From positions 108,543-172,542 of the forward strand of contig MEDZ01000009.1 in the NCBI GenBank assembly GCA_001724275.1: a stretch of DNA of 64,000 nucleotides. The letters run 5' to 3'. The stretch comes from Gemmatimonadetes bacterium SCN 70-22. Its GTDB lineage: Bacteria; Gemmatimonadota; Gemmatimonadetes; Gemmatimonadales; Gemmatimonadaceae. Of this stretch, positions 35,141 to 44,126 are shown piece after piece; within the stretch, counting starts at the first letter, position 1, and every line of letters starts with the position of its first letter. Position numbers and translations under genes: made by a program. A model generated the notes under the pieces. It had not been told where the DNA came from, made no database searches, and saw only the letters and a list, made by a program, of their open reading frames with translations.

Positions 35141-37447
35141 ATGGACGCGGCGATGATTCGGACCGGGCTTCGCTCGAGACCACGGGTGGCGATCGCGATC
35201 GCCGGTACCGCGCTCGCCCTGGGCGCAGGTGCTCTCGTCGTCGTGCGCGCGCCGCACCCGCGAGCGCGTCCCGACATCGCGCGCGAGTTCTCGTCAGGCG
35301 CCCGATGGGGCGATTCGCTGGAACGGGCGCTGGCTCGCCAGCCCGCGCGCGAGATGCCGGCGGGGTCGGTCATGGCGGCGCTGTACCTCGAGCGATTGCG
35401 GCTCGGCGTCGGGAGTCCGTTCCGGCTCATCGACTACGCCCTCCGCGACCCCCTCGTCCCCGAGCCGATGCGCCGTCCGCTGGCGGAGGCGATCCTGGCG
35501 CGAACGAGTGTGGGGGCGACGTATGCGACCCCCGCCGAGGCGCTCGACCTCGTCGCCCGTCGCCCCGGCGATGGGAGCGGGCTCGCGCACCGGCAATTCA
35601 TGGAATCGGTGACCGAGGAGTCGGATTCTCCGCGAGCGGCGGAGCTCGGGCTGCGTCTCGCGTACTCGGTGGGGACGGCGAGCGGCGCGGTATCGCACCG
35701 CGCATCGTCGGTGGCGCTTGGGGCAATTGCCCAGGCGCGCGACCGGGCCCTGGCCATGCGTGACGTGGCGGCGCTCCTGGCGGAGTCACGCCGCCAGCGT
35801 CTCGACCCGGTGGACTTGGTGCCGCTCTGGCGAGCGGCGCGGCGCTTCTCCGTCGAGCGCCCACTCGTCGATCCTCCGCATGTCGAGGAGGAGGCGGCGG
35901 CAGTTCGTCTCCTTCCGCAGCTCGCCCGTCGTCTCGACTCGCTGGAGCAGCAGCCGGTACCGGCTGCGACCGTGCGCTCGTTGGGGGGCGAGGCGGGGCG
36001 CGTGGCGTCGGAGCTGGTGGCCCGTCGTGCCGCGCCGCCGCAGGCCCCTGTCACGGTCACGATGGGGGGCTACGCCTCGTACGTGGCCGGCGCTAAGGTC
36101 GCCTCGGAGGGGGGGAACGCGCGGTCGCAGTTCGTGGCCCGCGCCCGCACGGAGGAGTCGCTCGTCGCCGAGTTGGCGCGGCTGCGGGGTGTCGTCGGAC
36201 CGTCGACCGAGGCGGCGCTTGCCACCCTCGCCGCCTCCGTCGCGATGCGGGCCTATGCGCAGGAACGGGCCTGGCTTCCTGGCGATGACGGCCCGGCGGC
36301 TCTCGAGCTGCAGGGACGCCTGGGGCTGGCCTCGCTCTCCTTCGATGACCGGGTGCCAACGGCCTGGCGCCCCTATTACACGCGGATGCTGAGCGAGGTG
36401 GTGACCGACCTCGCCACCGTCTTTCCCTCGCTCGACCTGCGCGGCCTGAACGTGCGCTTCGGCGAGTCGCCGCTGGCCGATCGTGCCCTCGCCCTCCACG
36501 ACCCCGCGACGCGTACGGTCTACTTCCCCCTCGCCACCAGTGCGGGAGCGATGGCGCACGAGCTTGCGCACGACCTGGACTGGCAGGCGGCCCGCCGACG
36601 CTACGGCGTGCGCGGCGGATACCGGACCGATCGCTCCGTCAGGCAGTACAGTGACCAGCTCTCGGTCACCGTGCGCCGCCTTGCCAGTGCGGCGCGCCCC
36701 AGGCGCGAGTCGCTGGCGTCGTCGGTACAGGCCGATCGCCCCACCGAGGCGTTCGCGCGCGGCGTGGACTGGTTCGTCGCCGCCGCGCTGGCGCACCGGG
36801 GGCGCTCGAACGGCTACCTGAGCGCCGTTCAGGACGCATCCATCACCGGATACGCATCGGCTGCGGCTCCGCACGGGGGGGCGATCGAGGGCGACGCCAC
36901 GCTCGACGCGCTGCGTGAGATCGCGACGGTCGACGCATCGGTCGTTGCGTGGTACGACACGACGTACGGAAGCGGGCGGCGCCTCGGGGTCGGCGACGCC
37001 GTGCGCCGCACCTTGGTCGCGCCGCTGTCGCGCATGGACATCAGCGCCGGTGCTCCGACCGGGTTCGGCGCGGTGTCGGCGACGTTACGGGCGCTGCGCG
37101 AGTCGCCGGAGGCGGCCGAGGGGTGGCAGTGCCTGCTGGATGCGCCATCGCTCCGCGGACGCACTGCCGCCGTGCAGGATGCGATGCGCATTGCCGCCGA
37201 GGCGCGCGCGAACGGCCTCGTCCAGCGCTGGGGCGACTACGCGCGCACGGTCCCCGGGGCTGCCTGGCGGTTCCGCGCGTTAGGCGGGGCCCCCTGGAAT
37301 CCGGCCACGCGCGACTCGGTCGTGCGCGAGGTGCGCGACGCGATCCTCTGGCGCGCCGCGCGTCCCGACGACGGGCGGGCCGGGCTCGATTTCGCCGAGC
37401 GTGCCGAGCGGCGCGCCGCGTGGGCGCACTGCGCCGCGGGCGAGTAG
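35141..37447 (+). CDS. Large hypothetical protein (768 aa) with an N-terminal TM anchor and one HExxH motif
   Basis: GGAGG lies upstream of the ATG. TM helix VAIAIAGTALALGAGALVVV and motif AGAMAHELAHDLDW. No other recognisable domains. Confidence 0.75.
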   Translation: MDAAMIRTGLRSRPRVAIAIAGTALALGAGALVVVRAPHPRARPDIAREFSSGARWGDSLERALARQPAREMPAGSVMAALYLERLRLGVGSPFRLIDYALRDPLVPEPMRRPLAEAILARTSVGATYATPAEALDLVARRPGDGSGLAHRQFMESVTEESDSPRAAELGLRLAYSVGTASGAVSHRASSVALGAIAQARDRALAMRDVAALLAESRRQRLDPVDLVPLWRAARRFSVERPLVDPPHVEEEAAAVRLLPQLARRLDSLEQQPVPAATVRSLGGEAGRVASELVARRAAPPQAPVTVTMGGYASYVAGAKVASEGGNARSQFVARARTEESLVAELARLRGVVGPSTEAALATLAASVAMRAYAQERAWLPGDDGPAALELQGRLGLASLSFDDRVPTAWRPYYTRMLSEVVTDLATVFPSLDLRGLNVRFGESPLADRALALHDPATRTVYFPLATSAGAMAHELAHDLDWQAARRRYGVRGGYRTDRSVRQYSDQLSVTVRRLASAARPRRESLASSVQADRPTEAFARGVDWFVAAALAHRGRSNGYLSAVQDASITGYASAAAPHGGAIEGDATLDALREIATVDASVVAWYDTTYGSGRRLGVGDAVRRTLVAPLSRMDISAGAPTGFGAVSATLRALRESPEAAEGWQCLLDAPSLRGRTAAVQDAMRIAAEARANGLVQRWGDYARTVPGAAWRFRALGGAPWNPATRDSVVREVRDAILWRAARPDDGRAGLDFAERAERRAAWAHCAAGE

Positions 37448-37456
37448 CCGGGAGCT

Positions 37457-37558
37457 CCCGGGCGACGGCCGCTAACCGGCGGCCGCCCCTCCCGGGCGAC
37501 GGCCGCTAACCGGCGGCCGCCCCTCCCGGGCGACGACCGCTAACCGGCGGCCGCCCCT
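37457..37558. repeat. 34-bp tandem repeat x3, each unit containing hairpin GGCCGC-taaccg-GCGGCC
   Basis: CCCGGGCGACGGCCGCTAACCGGCGGCCGCCCCT repeated three times, with a single G-to-A change in copy 3. It lies between convergent genes, and copy 3 supplies the last codons and the stop of the MscS-like gene. Confidence 0.9.
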
Positions 37559-38658
37559 CCCGCGCCACGCGCCTCGCCCGACACCGCCGCTCCATCGGCC
37601 GACGTGTGGATGATGGTGCGCGTGGGGAAGGCGAACTCGATCCGCTCGGCGTTGAAGCGTCGCAGCAGCGCGAGGTTCACCTTCTGCTGCGTATCCATGA
37701 ACGTCAGGTAGTCGTTGGTGGTCATGTAGTAGACCACTTCGAACTCGAGCGACGAGTCCATGAAGCGGGCGAAGTGCGCACGGTCGAATCGCGTGTGCTC
37801 CATCGCCTCGATGATCGACCGGATGATGGTGGGGACCTGCTCGACCTTTTCCGGCGGGGTGTCGTAGGTGATCCCGATGGTGAAGACGATGCGCCGCTCC
37901 GCCATCCGCTTGAGGTTGCGGACGCGCGACTTCAGCAGGTCGGCGTTGGAGAAGATGACCTGTTCGCCGCCAAGGGCGCGGATGCGGGTCGTCTTGAGCC
38001 CGATGTGTTCGACGGTCCCGACGGCGGTGTCGACGGCGATGGTATCGCCGATCTCGAAGGGCTTGTCGAGGACGATCGAGAGGGCGGCGAAGACGTCGCC
38101 GAGGATGTTCTGGACGGCGAGGGCGATGGCGATACCGCCGATCCCCAGGCCGGTGACCAGGGCCGCGATGTCGAAGTTCCAGACGTTCTTGAGCGCGATG
38201 AGGGCGACGAACGACCAGAGCACGCCTCGCGCGAGGACGCCGATGGCATTGATCGTCGCCGAGGTCGAGCTTTCGCCCCCATTGCGCCCGCGCGACCACT
38301 TCGCGAGCCAGAAATTGATGAGCGCGCTCCCCCAGACCGCGAACTGGAGGAGGATCGCGATGCTGGTGAGGTCGTCCAGCACTTCGCGGGCGAAGGGCGT
38401 AAGGACGAGTGCGTGCGATCCGGCACGCAGGGAGAGGGCGAGGATGAAGTAGTAGCGGGTGCGCCCGAGCAGGTCGGAGGCGACGTCGTCGAGTTGGGTG
38501 GCGGTGCGATTGGCCAGGGTGGCGAGGCGGCGGCCGATGACGTGCCTGACGGTGTACAGCAGCAGACCAATCGCGACCGCGATGGCGCCGGCGGTGACCC
38601 AGTCGGCGATCGGGTTGCCGAGGAACGATCGATCGAGTGAAGCGAGCGACGGCAGCAT
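37540..38658 (-). CDS. MscS-family mechanosensitive channel
   Basis: TM3/beta-domain signature GLGIGGIAIALAVQNILGDVFAALSIVLDKPFEIGDTI..GTVEHIGLKTTRIR. Start taken at MLPSLASL. Confidence 0.85.
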   Translation of the reverse strand: MLPSLASLDRSFLGNPIADWVTAGAIAVAIGLLLYTVRHVIGRRLATLANRTATQLDDVASDLLGRTRYYFILALSLRAGSHALVLTPFAREVLDDLTSIAILLQFAVWGSALINFWLAKWSRGRNGGESSTSATINAIGVLARGVLWSFVALIALKNVWNFDIAALVTGLGIGGIAIALAVQNILGDVFAALSIVLDKPFEIGDTIAVDTAVGTVEHIGLKTTRIRALGGEQVIFSNADLLKSRVRNLKRMAERRIVFTIGITYDTPPEKVEQVPTIIRSIIEAMEHTRFDRAHFARFMDSSLEFEVVYYMTTNDYLTFMDTQQKVNLALLRRFNAERIEFAFPTRTIIHTSADGAAVSGEARGAGGAAAG

Positions 38659-38933
38659 GCGACGAGTGGGTTCGGGACTGGATTGCAAGGTAGCCCCGTG
38701 GCCGGGTGAGCGGCGACTCACCGCGTCACACTCGCGTGTCGCGTCTCGTCCCGTTGGATATGCGAACTATCCCGGGCTGGATTGACCTACGCTGCGCGAT
38801 CCGCGATTGTATGCAAAGCTCAATGCACGGTCGAATGCGGTATGGGATTCCCCGCCCCGGCCGCCCGTTGGTGACCGTGTCCCGCCCTGAGCTGCTCGCC
38901 CTCCCGCACGACGCACCCAAGACAGGAGGCTTC

Positions 38934-41897
38934 ATGCCCACCACTCGTTCTCCAGGAAATCGCAGGACCACCAGATGGCTGGTGGCGCTGGCGGCGTTGC
39001 TGCTGCCGGTGACCGCCACGGCGCAGGACGCCACCGGCATGCTGGTCGGCACCGTCACCGATCGCGCGTCCGGCGCGCCGATCAGCGGCGCCCGCATCCA
39101 GATCGTCGGCGAAGCGGCGCTTGGCGCCAACACCGACGACGCCGGACGCTACTTCCTCCGCGGCATCCCGGCCGGGGCGCGCACCGTGCGCGTCACGCGC
39201 ATCGGCTTCCGCCCGGAGGCCCAGCCGGCGACCATCGCCGCGAATGACACGACGCGCCTCGACTTCGCCCTCGCCGCCTCCGCCGTGGAGCTGCAGCAGG
39301 TCGTGGTGACCGGGACGGGGGGCGCGGTGGAGAAGCGCAAGATCGGCGCCTCGCTCGGCACGATGGACGTGGCCGCCCAGCAGGAAATCATGCCGGTCAC
39401 CAACTTCTCGTCGGTGCTGGCCAACAAGGTCACCGGCGTGCGGTCGGTGGGCGTGGGCGGTGGCGTCGGCGGGTCGCAGGATCTGCGCATCCGCGGCATC
39501 GCCTCCTTCTCGCTGAACCAGCGCCCCGTCATCTACATCGACGGCGTGCGCGTCGACTCGCGCGGCACCGAGTGGACGACCGCCACCGGCATGGCGTCGA
39601 CCGCGTGCTGCTCGTTCTCGGGCGGCAACTCGGCCGATCGCCTGAGCGACCTCAACCCGAACGACATCGAGCGCGTCGAGGTCCTCAAGGGTGCGGCCGC
39701 GGCCACGCTGTACGGCTCCGAGGCGACCAACGGCGTCATCCAGATCTTCACCAAGAAGGGGCGCGGTGAGGGGCGGACCCAGTGGAACCTCGGGCTCGGC
39801 ACCGGCTTCAACCGCCTGCGCGAGAACCTCCCGACCAAGACCTTCCCCCGCTTCACCGGGCCGGATGGCACGCGGGCCCAGGATGCCAACAACCTCATCA
39901 AGAACGGGCCGTTCAACTCCATCGACGTCAGCGGGCAGGGCGGGACGACTCGCTCCACCTACTTCGTCTCGGCGTTGGGCTCCAAGGAAGAGGGCTCCAT
40001 CCAGCCCAACGACCAGAGCAAGGCCAACCTGCGCGCCAACGTGACCTTCGTCCCGACCGACAAGTGGACGGTCGAGGTGCGCTCGTCGTACACGCGCAAC
40101 ATCATCAACGAGCTGCAGGCCGGGAACAACTGGACCGCCCTCCTCGGCAACGCCATCAACGGCAACCCGCGCACCGCCACGAAGGACCGTCCGTACGGTG
40201 AGGCGTGGGTCCCGGTGAAGGACATCCAGACCATGGAGACCAAGAGCGACGCCGACCGCTGGACCGGTGGCGTGACGCTCTCGTACGCCTTCAACCCCAA
40301 CTTCACGCATCGCCTCATCTTCGGGACCGATGCCGTGAACGAGCAGAAGTCCCGCTTCTTCCCGTACGCCGGCGCCTTCGGTCCGGCGGGGGTGACCAAC
40401 GGGCAGCGCAACATCGGCGTCCGCACCTATCGCACGACGACGGTCGACTACCTCGGGACGCTGAACTACAAGCTCCCCTTCGACATCGAGTCGAACTTCT
40501 CGTTCGGCGGCCAGGGCTTCTGGGAGTCGCAGCGGCTCAACATCGCCGTCGGCAACACCTTCCCGGGCCCCGGTGTCTCGACCGTTGCGGCTGCGGCCGT
40601 CACCAGCGGTGGCGAGGCGTTCACCGAGACCATCAACCTCGGCATCCTGGCGCAGAACCGCTTTGCCTGGAACGATCGCCTCTTCGTGACGCTCGGCCTC
40701 CGCATGGACGGCAACTCGGCGTTCGGCGCCGACTACGGCTTCCAGAAGTATCCCAAGGCCGACCTGTCGTACGACCTCTCGAAGCACGAGGGACTCCTGC
40801 CCAAGGCGTTCAGCGCCTTCCGCGTCCGCGGCGCCGTTGGCCAGGCCGGCAAGATGCCCGGGCCGTTCGATTCGTTCACGAGCTACGGCGCGCAGCCGGT
40901 GTACGAGAATGTCCCCGGCATCGTCCCGCTCAACCCGGGCAACAAGGACCTCAAGCCCGAGCTGACGACCGAGCGCGAGTTCGGCTTCGAGATCGGGCTG
41001 TGGGAGGACCGCGTCGGGATCGAGGCGTCGCAGTACTACTCCAAGACGACCGATGCCATCGTGAGCCGCGCCTTCGCGCCGTCGCAGGGCTTCAGCCAGG
41101 CGCAGCGCGTGAACATCGGCGCGCTCGAGAACAAGGGGTGGGAGGCGTCGGTGAAGTACCTCGTCGTCTCGCGCGCCCGCTTCGACTGGTCGACCGGCAT
41201 CAACGTCGACGGCAACAAGAACAACGTCCTCGACCTGGGCGGCGTCACGCTCCCGGGGACGGCGATCCGCGTGGGCTATCCGGTGCAGGGCGTGTGGGGG
41301 CAGAAGCCGAACGGCTTCAGCGTCGTCACCACCGGCACCACGTGCGCCGGCCAGCCGATGCAGAGCTGGGGGTGCCCGACCACCACGCGCACCGCGTCGC
41401 AGGAGTACTTCGGCCCGCCGCTCCCGACCTTCAACGGCTCGTGGTCGAACACGATCCGCTGGGGCTCGTTCTCGCTGTACGGCCTCATCTCGATGGAGAA
41501 GGGCGCCTGGTTCAGCAACGGCGACCGTCCGTATCGCATCCGGCAGGGCGGCTCCGACGAGTACCTCTCGGCGCTGGGCCCCAACGGCGAGCGCACCTTC
41601 AAGGCCGACTCGATCTACCAGTGGTCGAGCATCCTGTCGCACTACGACAAGCGTGACAACGTCCGCCTCCGCGAGCTCTCGCTCACGTGGCAGGTGCCGG
41701 CGAACATCAGCTCGATGTTCAAGACCGGGCGCACGAGCGTTTCGCTGGCCGGGCAGAACCTGATGTGGTGGGATGACTGCAACTGCGTCGACCCGAACAT
41801 GAACTGGGCTGGCGCGGATTCGTACACGATCAACAGCGGCTTCCTCGCGCAGCCGGCGCCCCGCCAGTTCCGACTCCAGATTCGCACGAGGTTCTAA
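38934..41897 (+). CDS. SusC/RagA-family TonB-dependent receptor with an N-terminal carboxypeptidase-regulatory-like domain
   Basis: AGGAGG lies upstream of the ATG. Signal peptide, GTVTDRASGAPISGARIQIVG..GRYFLRGIPAG, plug and barrel, and the terminal ..RQFRLQIRTRF aromatic residue. Confidence 0.9.
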   Translation: MPTTRSPGNRRTTRWLVALAALLLPVTATAQDATGMLVGTVTDRASGAPISGARIQIVGEAALGANTDDAGRYFLRGIPAGARTVRVTRIGFRPEAQPATIAANDTTRLDFALAASAVELQQVVVTGTGGAVEKRKIGASLGTMDVAAQQEIMPVTNFSSVLANKVTGVRSVGVGGGVGGSQDLRIRGIASFSLNQRPVIYIDGVRVDSRGTEWTTATGMASTACCSFSGGNSADRLSDLNPNDIERVEVLKGAAAATLYGSEATNGVIQIFTKKGRGEGRTQWNLGLGTGFNRLRENLPTKTFPRFTGPDGTRAQDANNLIKNGPFNSIDVSGQGGTTRSTYFVSALGSKEEGSIQPNDQSKANLRANVTFVPTDKWTVEVRSSYTRNIINELQAGNNWTALLGNAINGNPRTATKDRPYGEAWVPVKDIQTMETKSDADRWTGGVTLSYAFNPNFTHRLIFGTDAVNEQKSRFFPYAGAFGPAGVTNGQRNIGVRTYRTTTVDYLGTLNYKLPFDIESNFSFGGQGFWESQRLNIAVGNTFPGPGVSTVAAAAVTSGGEAFTETINLGILAQNRFAWNDRLFVTLGLRMDGNSAFGADYGFQKYPKADLSYDLSKHEGLLPKAFSAFRVRGAVGQAGKMPGPFDSFTSYGAQPVYENVPGIVPLNPGNKDLKPELTTEREFGFEIGLWEDRVGIEASQYYSKTTDAIVSRAFAPSQGFSQAQRVNIGALENKGWEASVKYLVVSRARFDWSTGINVDGNKNNVLDLGGVTLPGTAIRVGYPVQGVWGQKPNGFSVVTTGTTCAGQPMQSWGCPTTTRTASQEYFGPPLPTFNGSWSNTIRWGSFSLYGLISMEKGAWFSNGDRPYRIRQGGSDEYLSALGPNGERTFKADSIYQWSSILSHYDKRDNVRLRELSLTWQVPANISSMFKTGRTSVSLAGQNLMWWDDCNCVDPNMNWAGADSYTINSGFLAQPAPRQFRLQIRTRF

Positions 41898-41900
41898 GCC

Positions 41901-43223
41901 ATGACACCGATGAATCGCTTCAGACAGTTTGGTCGCGTGGCGGCCGCCGTGCTCCTCGCGGCGGGGTGCAGCGGGGTCTTCGACGTCGAGGACCCGCAGG
42001 CCTTCGGCAACGAGGACCTGAACGACCCCGTCATCATCAAGAACGTCGCTGATGGCGCCGAAGGGTCGCTGCAGCAGTCCGTCGACGACGTCATCGTCAT
42101 GACGTCGCTCCTCGGCGACGAGGTCGAGTCCACCTCGACGTGGATCGACTGGGAAGACATCTCGGAGGGACGCGTGCGTGGCGATTGGGCCACCACGGGC
42201 TCCTTCTCCGGGACCCAGGACAACGTGCTTCGCGCCCGGTACGCCGCGCAGAGCGCCGCCGAGCGGATCAAGACCGTGCTCGGGAATGCCGCGAACACCA
42301 GCCCGCTCCTCACGCAGGTGTCGTGGGTGGACGGTTTCGCCGACCTCTTCCTCGGGATGTCGTTCTGCGAGGGGCCGCTCACGCAGGGTGGGCCGCGCTC
42401 GCCCAACACCGCCTTCTTCCCGCAGGCGGTGACGAAGCTGACGGCGGCGCTGGCGCTGGCCAACGGACTCCCCGCGGCCGACAAGGCCAAGTGGGTCCCG
42501 GTCATCCAGGCCAGCCGCGCGCGCGCCAACCTGTTCGCCGGCAACTACGATGCGGCGCTCGCCGACGCGCTGGCGATCCCTGCGGGCTTCCACAAGGACG
42601 CGATCTACGCCGAGGCGGCCGGCGTGCAGCAGAGCTGGACCGGCAACCAGTTCCACCAGAATCGCAACCGCTCGGGTGGGCTGCGCCGCAAGTACCACAA
42701 CCGGGTGCTCGGGACGTTCAACAACGCCGGCTACACCACCGGCTACCTGGCCGACTGGTACGACCCCACCAAGCCCGATCCGCGCATGGCGGTGACGCGC
42801 AAGGAAGGGGAGCTGGGGGTGAACAACCGCTTCGCGTACTACGGCATCACCAAGTACAGCGATCGCGGCGCCGACCAGCCGATGGTCAGCTCGAAGGAGA
42901 TGAACCTGATCGCCGCCGAGGTCTACATGCGGAAGGGCGACTTCGCGAACATGGCGGCCAAGCTCAACGTCGAGCGTACGGCGGTCGGCCTCGCGCCGAT
43001 TCCGGTGCCCGCCAACGCCGCCGACGCGCAGAAGGCGCTGCTGAACGAGCGCATGGCGGTCCTGTTCGTCGAGGGGCAGCGGGCGTACGACCTGCACCGG
43101 TTCAACCTGGTGGGGGCGGAGCTCGGCACGAACCGCGCGACGATGCTTCCGCTGTCGCGCAACGAGATCCTGGCCAATCCGAGCATGAAGGAAGGCGAGG
43201 CCACCTGCCCGAAGATTTCCTGA
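41901..43223 (+). CDS. SusD/RagB-family outer-membrane lipoprotein
   Basis: It starts 3 nt after the SusC-like stop. Lipobox LLAAGCS. TPR-like helical body with ..LLNERMAVLFVEGQRAYDLHRF.. Confidence 0.85.
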   Translation: MTPMNRFRQFGRVAAAVLLAAGCSGVFDVEDPQAFGNEDLNDPVIIKNVADGAEGSLQQSVDDVIVMTSLLGDEVESTSTWIDWEDISEGRVRGDWATTGSFSGTQDNVLRARYAAQSAAERIKTVLGNAANTSPLLTQVSWVDGFADLFLGMSFCEGPLTQGGPRSPNTAFFPQAVTKLTAALALANGLPAADKAKWVPVIQASRARANLFAGNYDAALADALAIPAGFHKDAIYAEAAGVQQSWTGNQFHQNRNRSGGLRRKYHNRVLGTFNNAGYTTGYLADWYDPTKPDPRMAVTRKEGELGVNNRFAYYGITKYSDRGADQPMVSSKEMNLIAAEVYMRKGDFANMAAKLNVERTAVGLAPIPVPANAADAQKALLNERMAVLFVEGQRAYDLHRFNLVGAELGTNRATMLPLSRNEILANPSMKEGEATCPKIS

Positions 43224-43240
43224 GCGGCGGTGGATACAGG

Positions 43241-43273
43241 ACGGGGGGCGGGGCGCAACGCCCCGCCCCCCGT
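43241..43273 (+). terminator. 15-bp perfect GC hairpin (terminator/attenuator or RNA-processing site)
   Basis: ACGGGGGGCGGGGCG-caa-CGCCCCGCCCCCCGT, 18 nt after the SusD-like stop. No U-tract. Confidence 0.45.
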
Positions 43274-43301
43274 CGCACGCCCCGCCCTCGCGGCGGGAAG
43301 G

Positions 43302-44039
43302 ATGCCGGCGATGTTTGCATCTGACGAGCAGGGCGCGGCGCGGGGGGACGGCGCCGCGCGCGACGGATACACGCGCAGGGAATTCGTGCGCGTGATGGGG
43401 TTCGCGGTCGGCGTCCTGTCGCTGGCCGTGGACGGGTGCGGCGGCCAGGGTGACGCGACCGCCCCGCCGGCAACCGCCGGGCTGGTGGAGGGCGTCGTGA
43501 CCGACGTGCAGGGGACGCCACAGGCCAACTTCGGCACCCTCATCCTCATGTACCCGAGCGGGCAGCACGTGGGGATCACCGTGACCCCCGACGGGGCCGG
43601 GAGGTTCCGCTACAAGGACCTCCCTCCCGGCGACTACCAGATCCGTTTCCAGGCGGCGGGGCAGGCGATCGTCCCGGAGCCGTACCAGCACCCCATCAAG
43701 TTCACGGTGCAGGCGGGGAAGGTCACCACGCTCGCGGTGCGCATCCAGCGCGGCACCTTCAACCAGAACCAGGTCGAGATCTACTGCGGCGACGACTTCT
43801 ACCAGTTGCAGCCCGACGGCGCCGAGAACGGCGAGACCGTGGTCAAGCTGGGGACGATCGTCTGCTGGTACAACGTGGGCATCAAGGTGCACACGGTCAC
43901 CGGCGGCCCCTGGAACGACTCGGGCGACCTGCAGAGTACGCAATCCTACATCTGGGTGGCGACCGTCCCCGGGGTGCACGCCTACCAGTGCAAGTACAAC
44001 CAGCCCGGCATGCGCGCGACGCTGCGCGTCGTGCCCTGA
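43302..44039 (+). CDS. TAT-signal lipoprotein with a carboxypeptidase-regulatory-like domain and a cupredoxin-like C-terminal domain
   Basis: TRREFVRVMGFAVGVLSLAVDGC (twin-Arg plus lipobox). GVVTDVQG..GRFRYKDLPPGDY. C-terminus GTIVCWYNVGIKVHTV..GVHAYQCKYNQPGMRATLRVV. Confidence 0.7.
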   Translation: MPAMFASDEQGAARGDGAARDGYTRREFVRVMGFAVGVLSLAVDGCGGQGDATAPPATAGLVEGVVTDVQGTPQANFGTLILMYPSGQHVGITVTPDGAGRFRYKDLPPGDYQIRFQAAGQAIVPEPYQHPIKFTVQAGKVTTLAVRIQRGTFNQNQVEIYCGDDFYQLQPDGAENGETVVKLGTIVCWYNVGIKVHTVTGGPWNDSGDLQSTQSYIWVATVPGVHAYQCKYNQPGMRATLRVVP

Positions 44040-44126
44040 GCGCGGCCCATGGCCGCCACGGGTGCCGAACAACGGAGCCCTGCCGCTCCGCGTAACGCCT
44101 TTGCCCTCATCTGGAGTCTCTCCCTC

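Noticed and set aside
19038-37558. Whether the tandem repeats (15 bp x4, 13 bp x4.6, 34 bp x3) could be CRISPR arrays.
   Set aside because: The units are contiguous with no unique spacers, there are too few copies, and no cas genes are present in the window.
38782-38815. A sigma70-like promoter (TTGACC at 38782) upstream of the SusC-like gene, and a shared GATTGTAT word at 33838 and 38804.
   Set aside because: No acceptable -10 element lies at 16-19 bp spacing. The shared 8-mer occurs only twice and could be chance.
38820-44072. Very long antisense or off-frame ORFs, for example 38820-44072 (-, 1750 aa), 29370-32180 (-), 46639-49314 (-), 765-2411 (-) and 22484-24034 (+).
   Set aside because: Their translations are Arg/Pro/Gly/Ala-rich low-complexity sequence, which is typical of stop-poor alternative frames in ~70% GC DNA. 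They fully overlap genes with clear family signatures on the other strand or frame.
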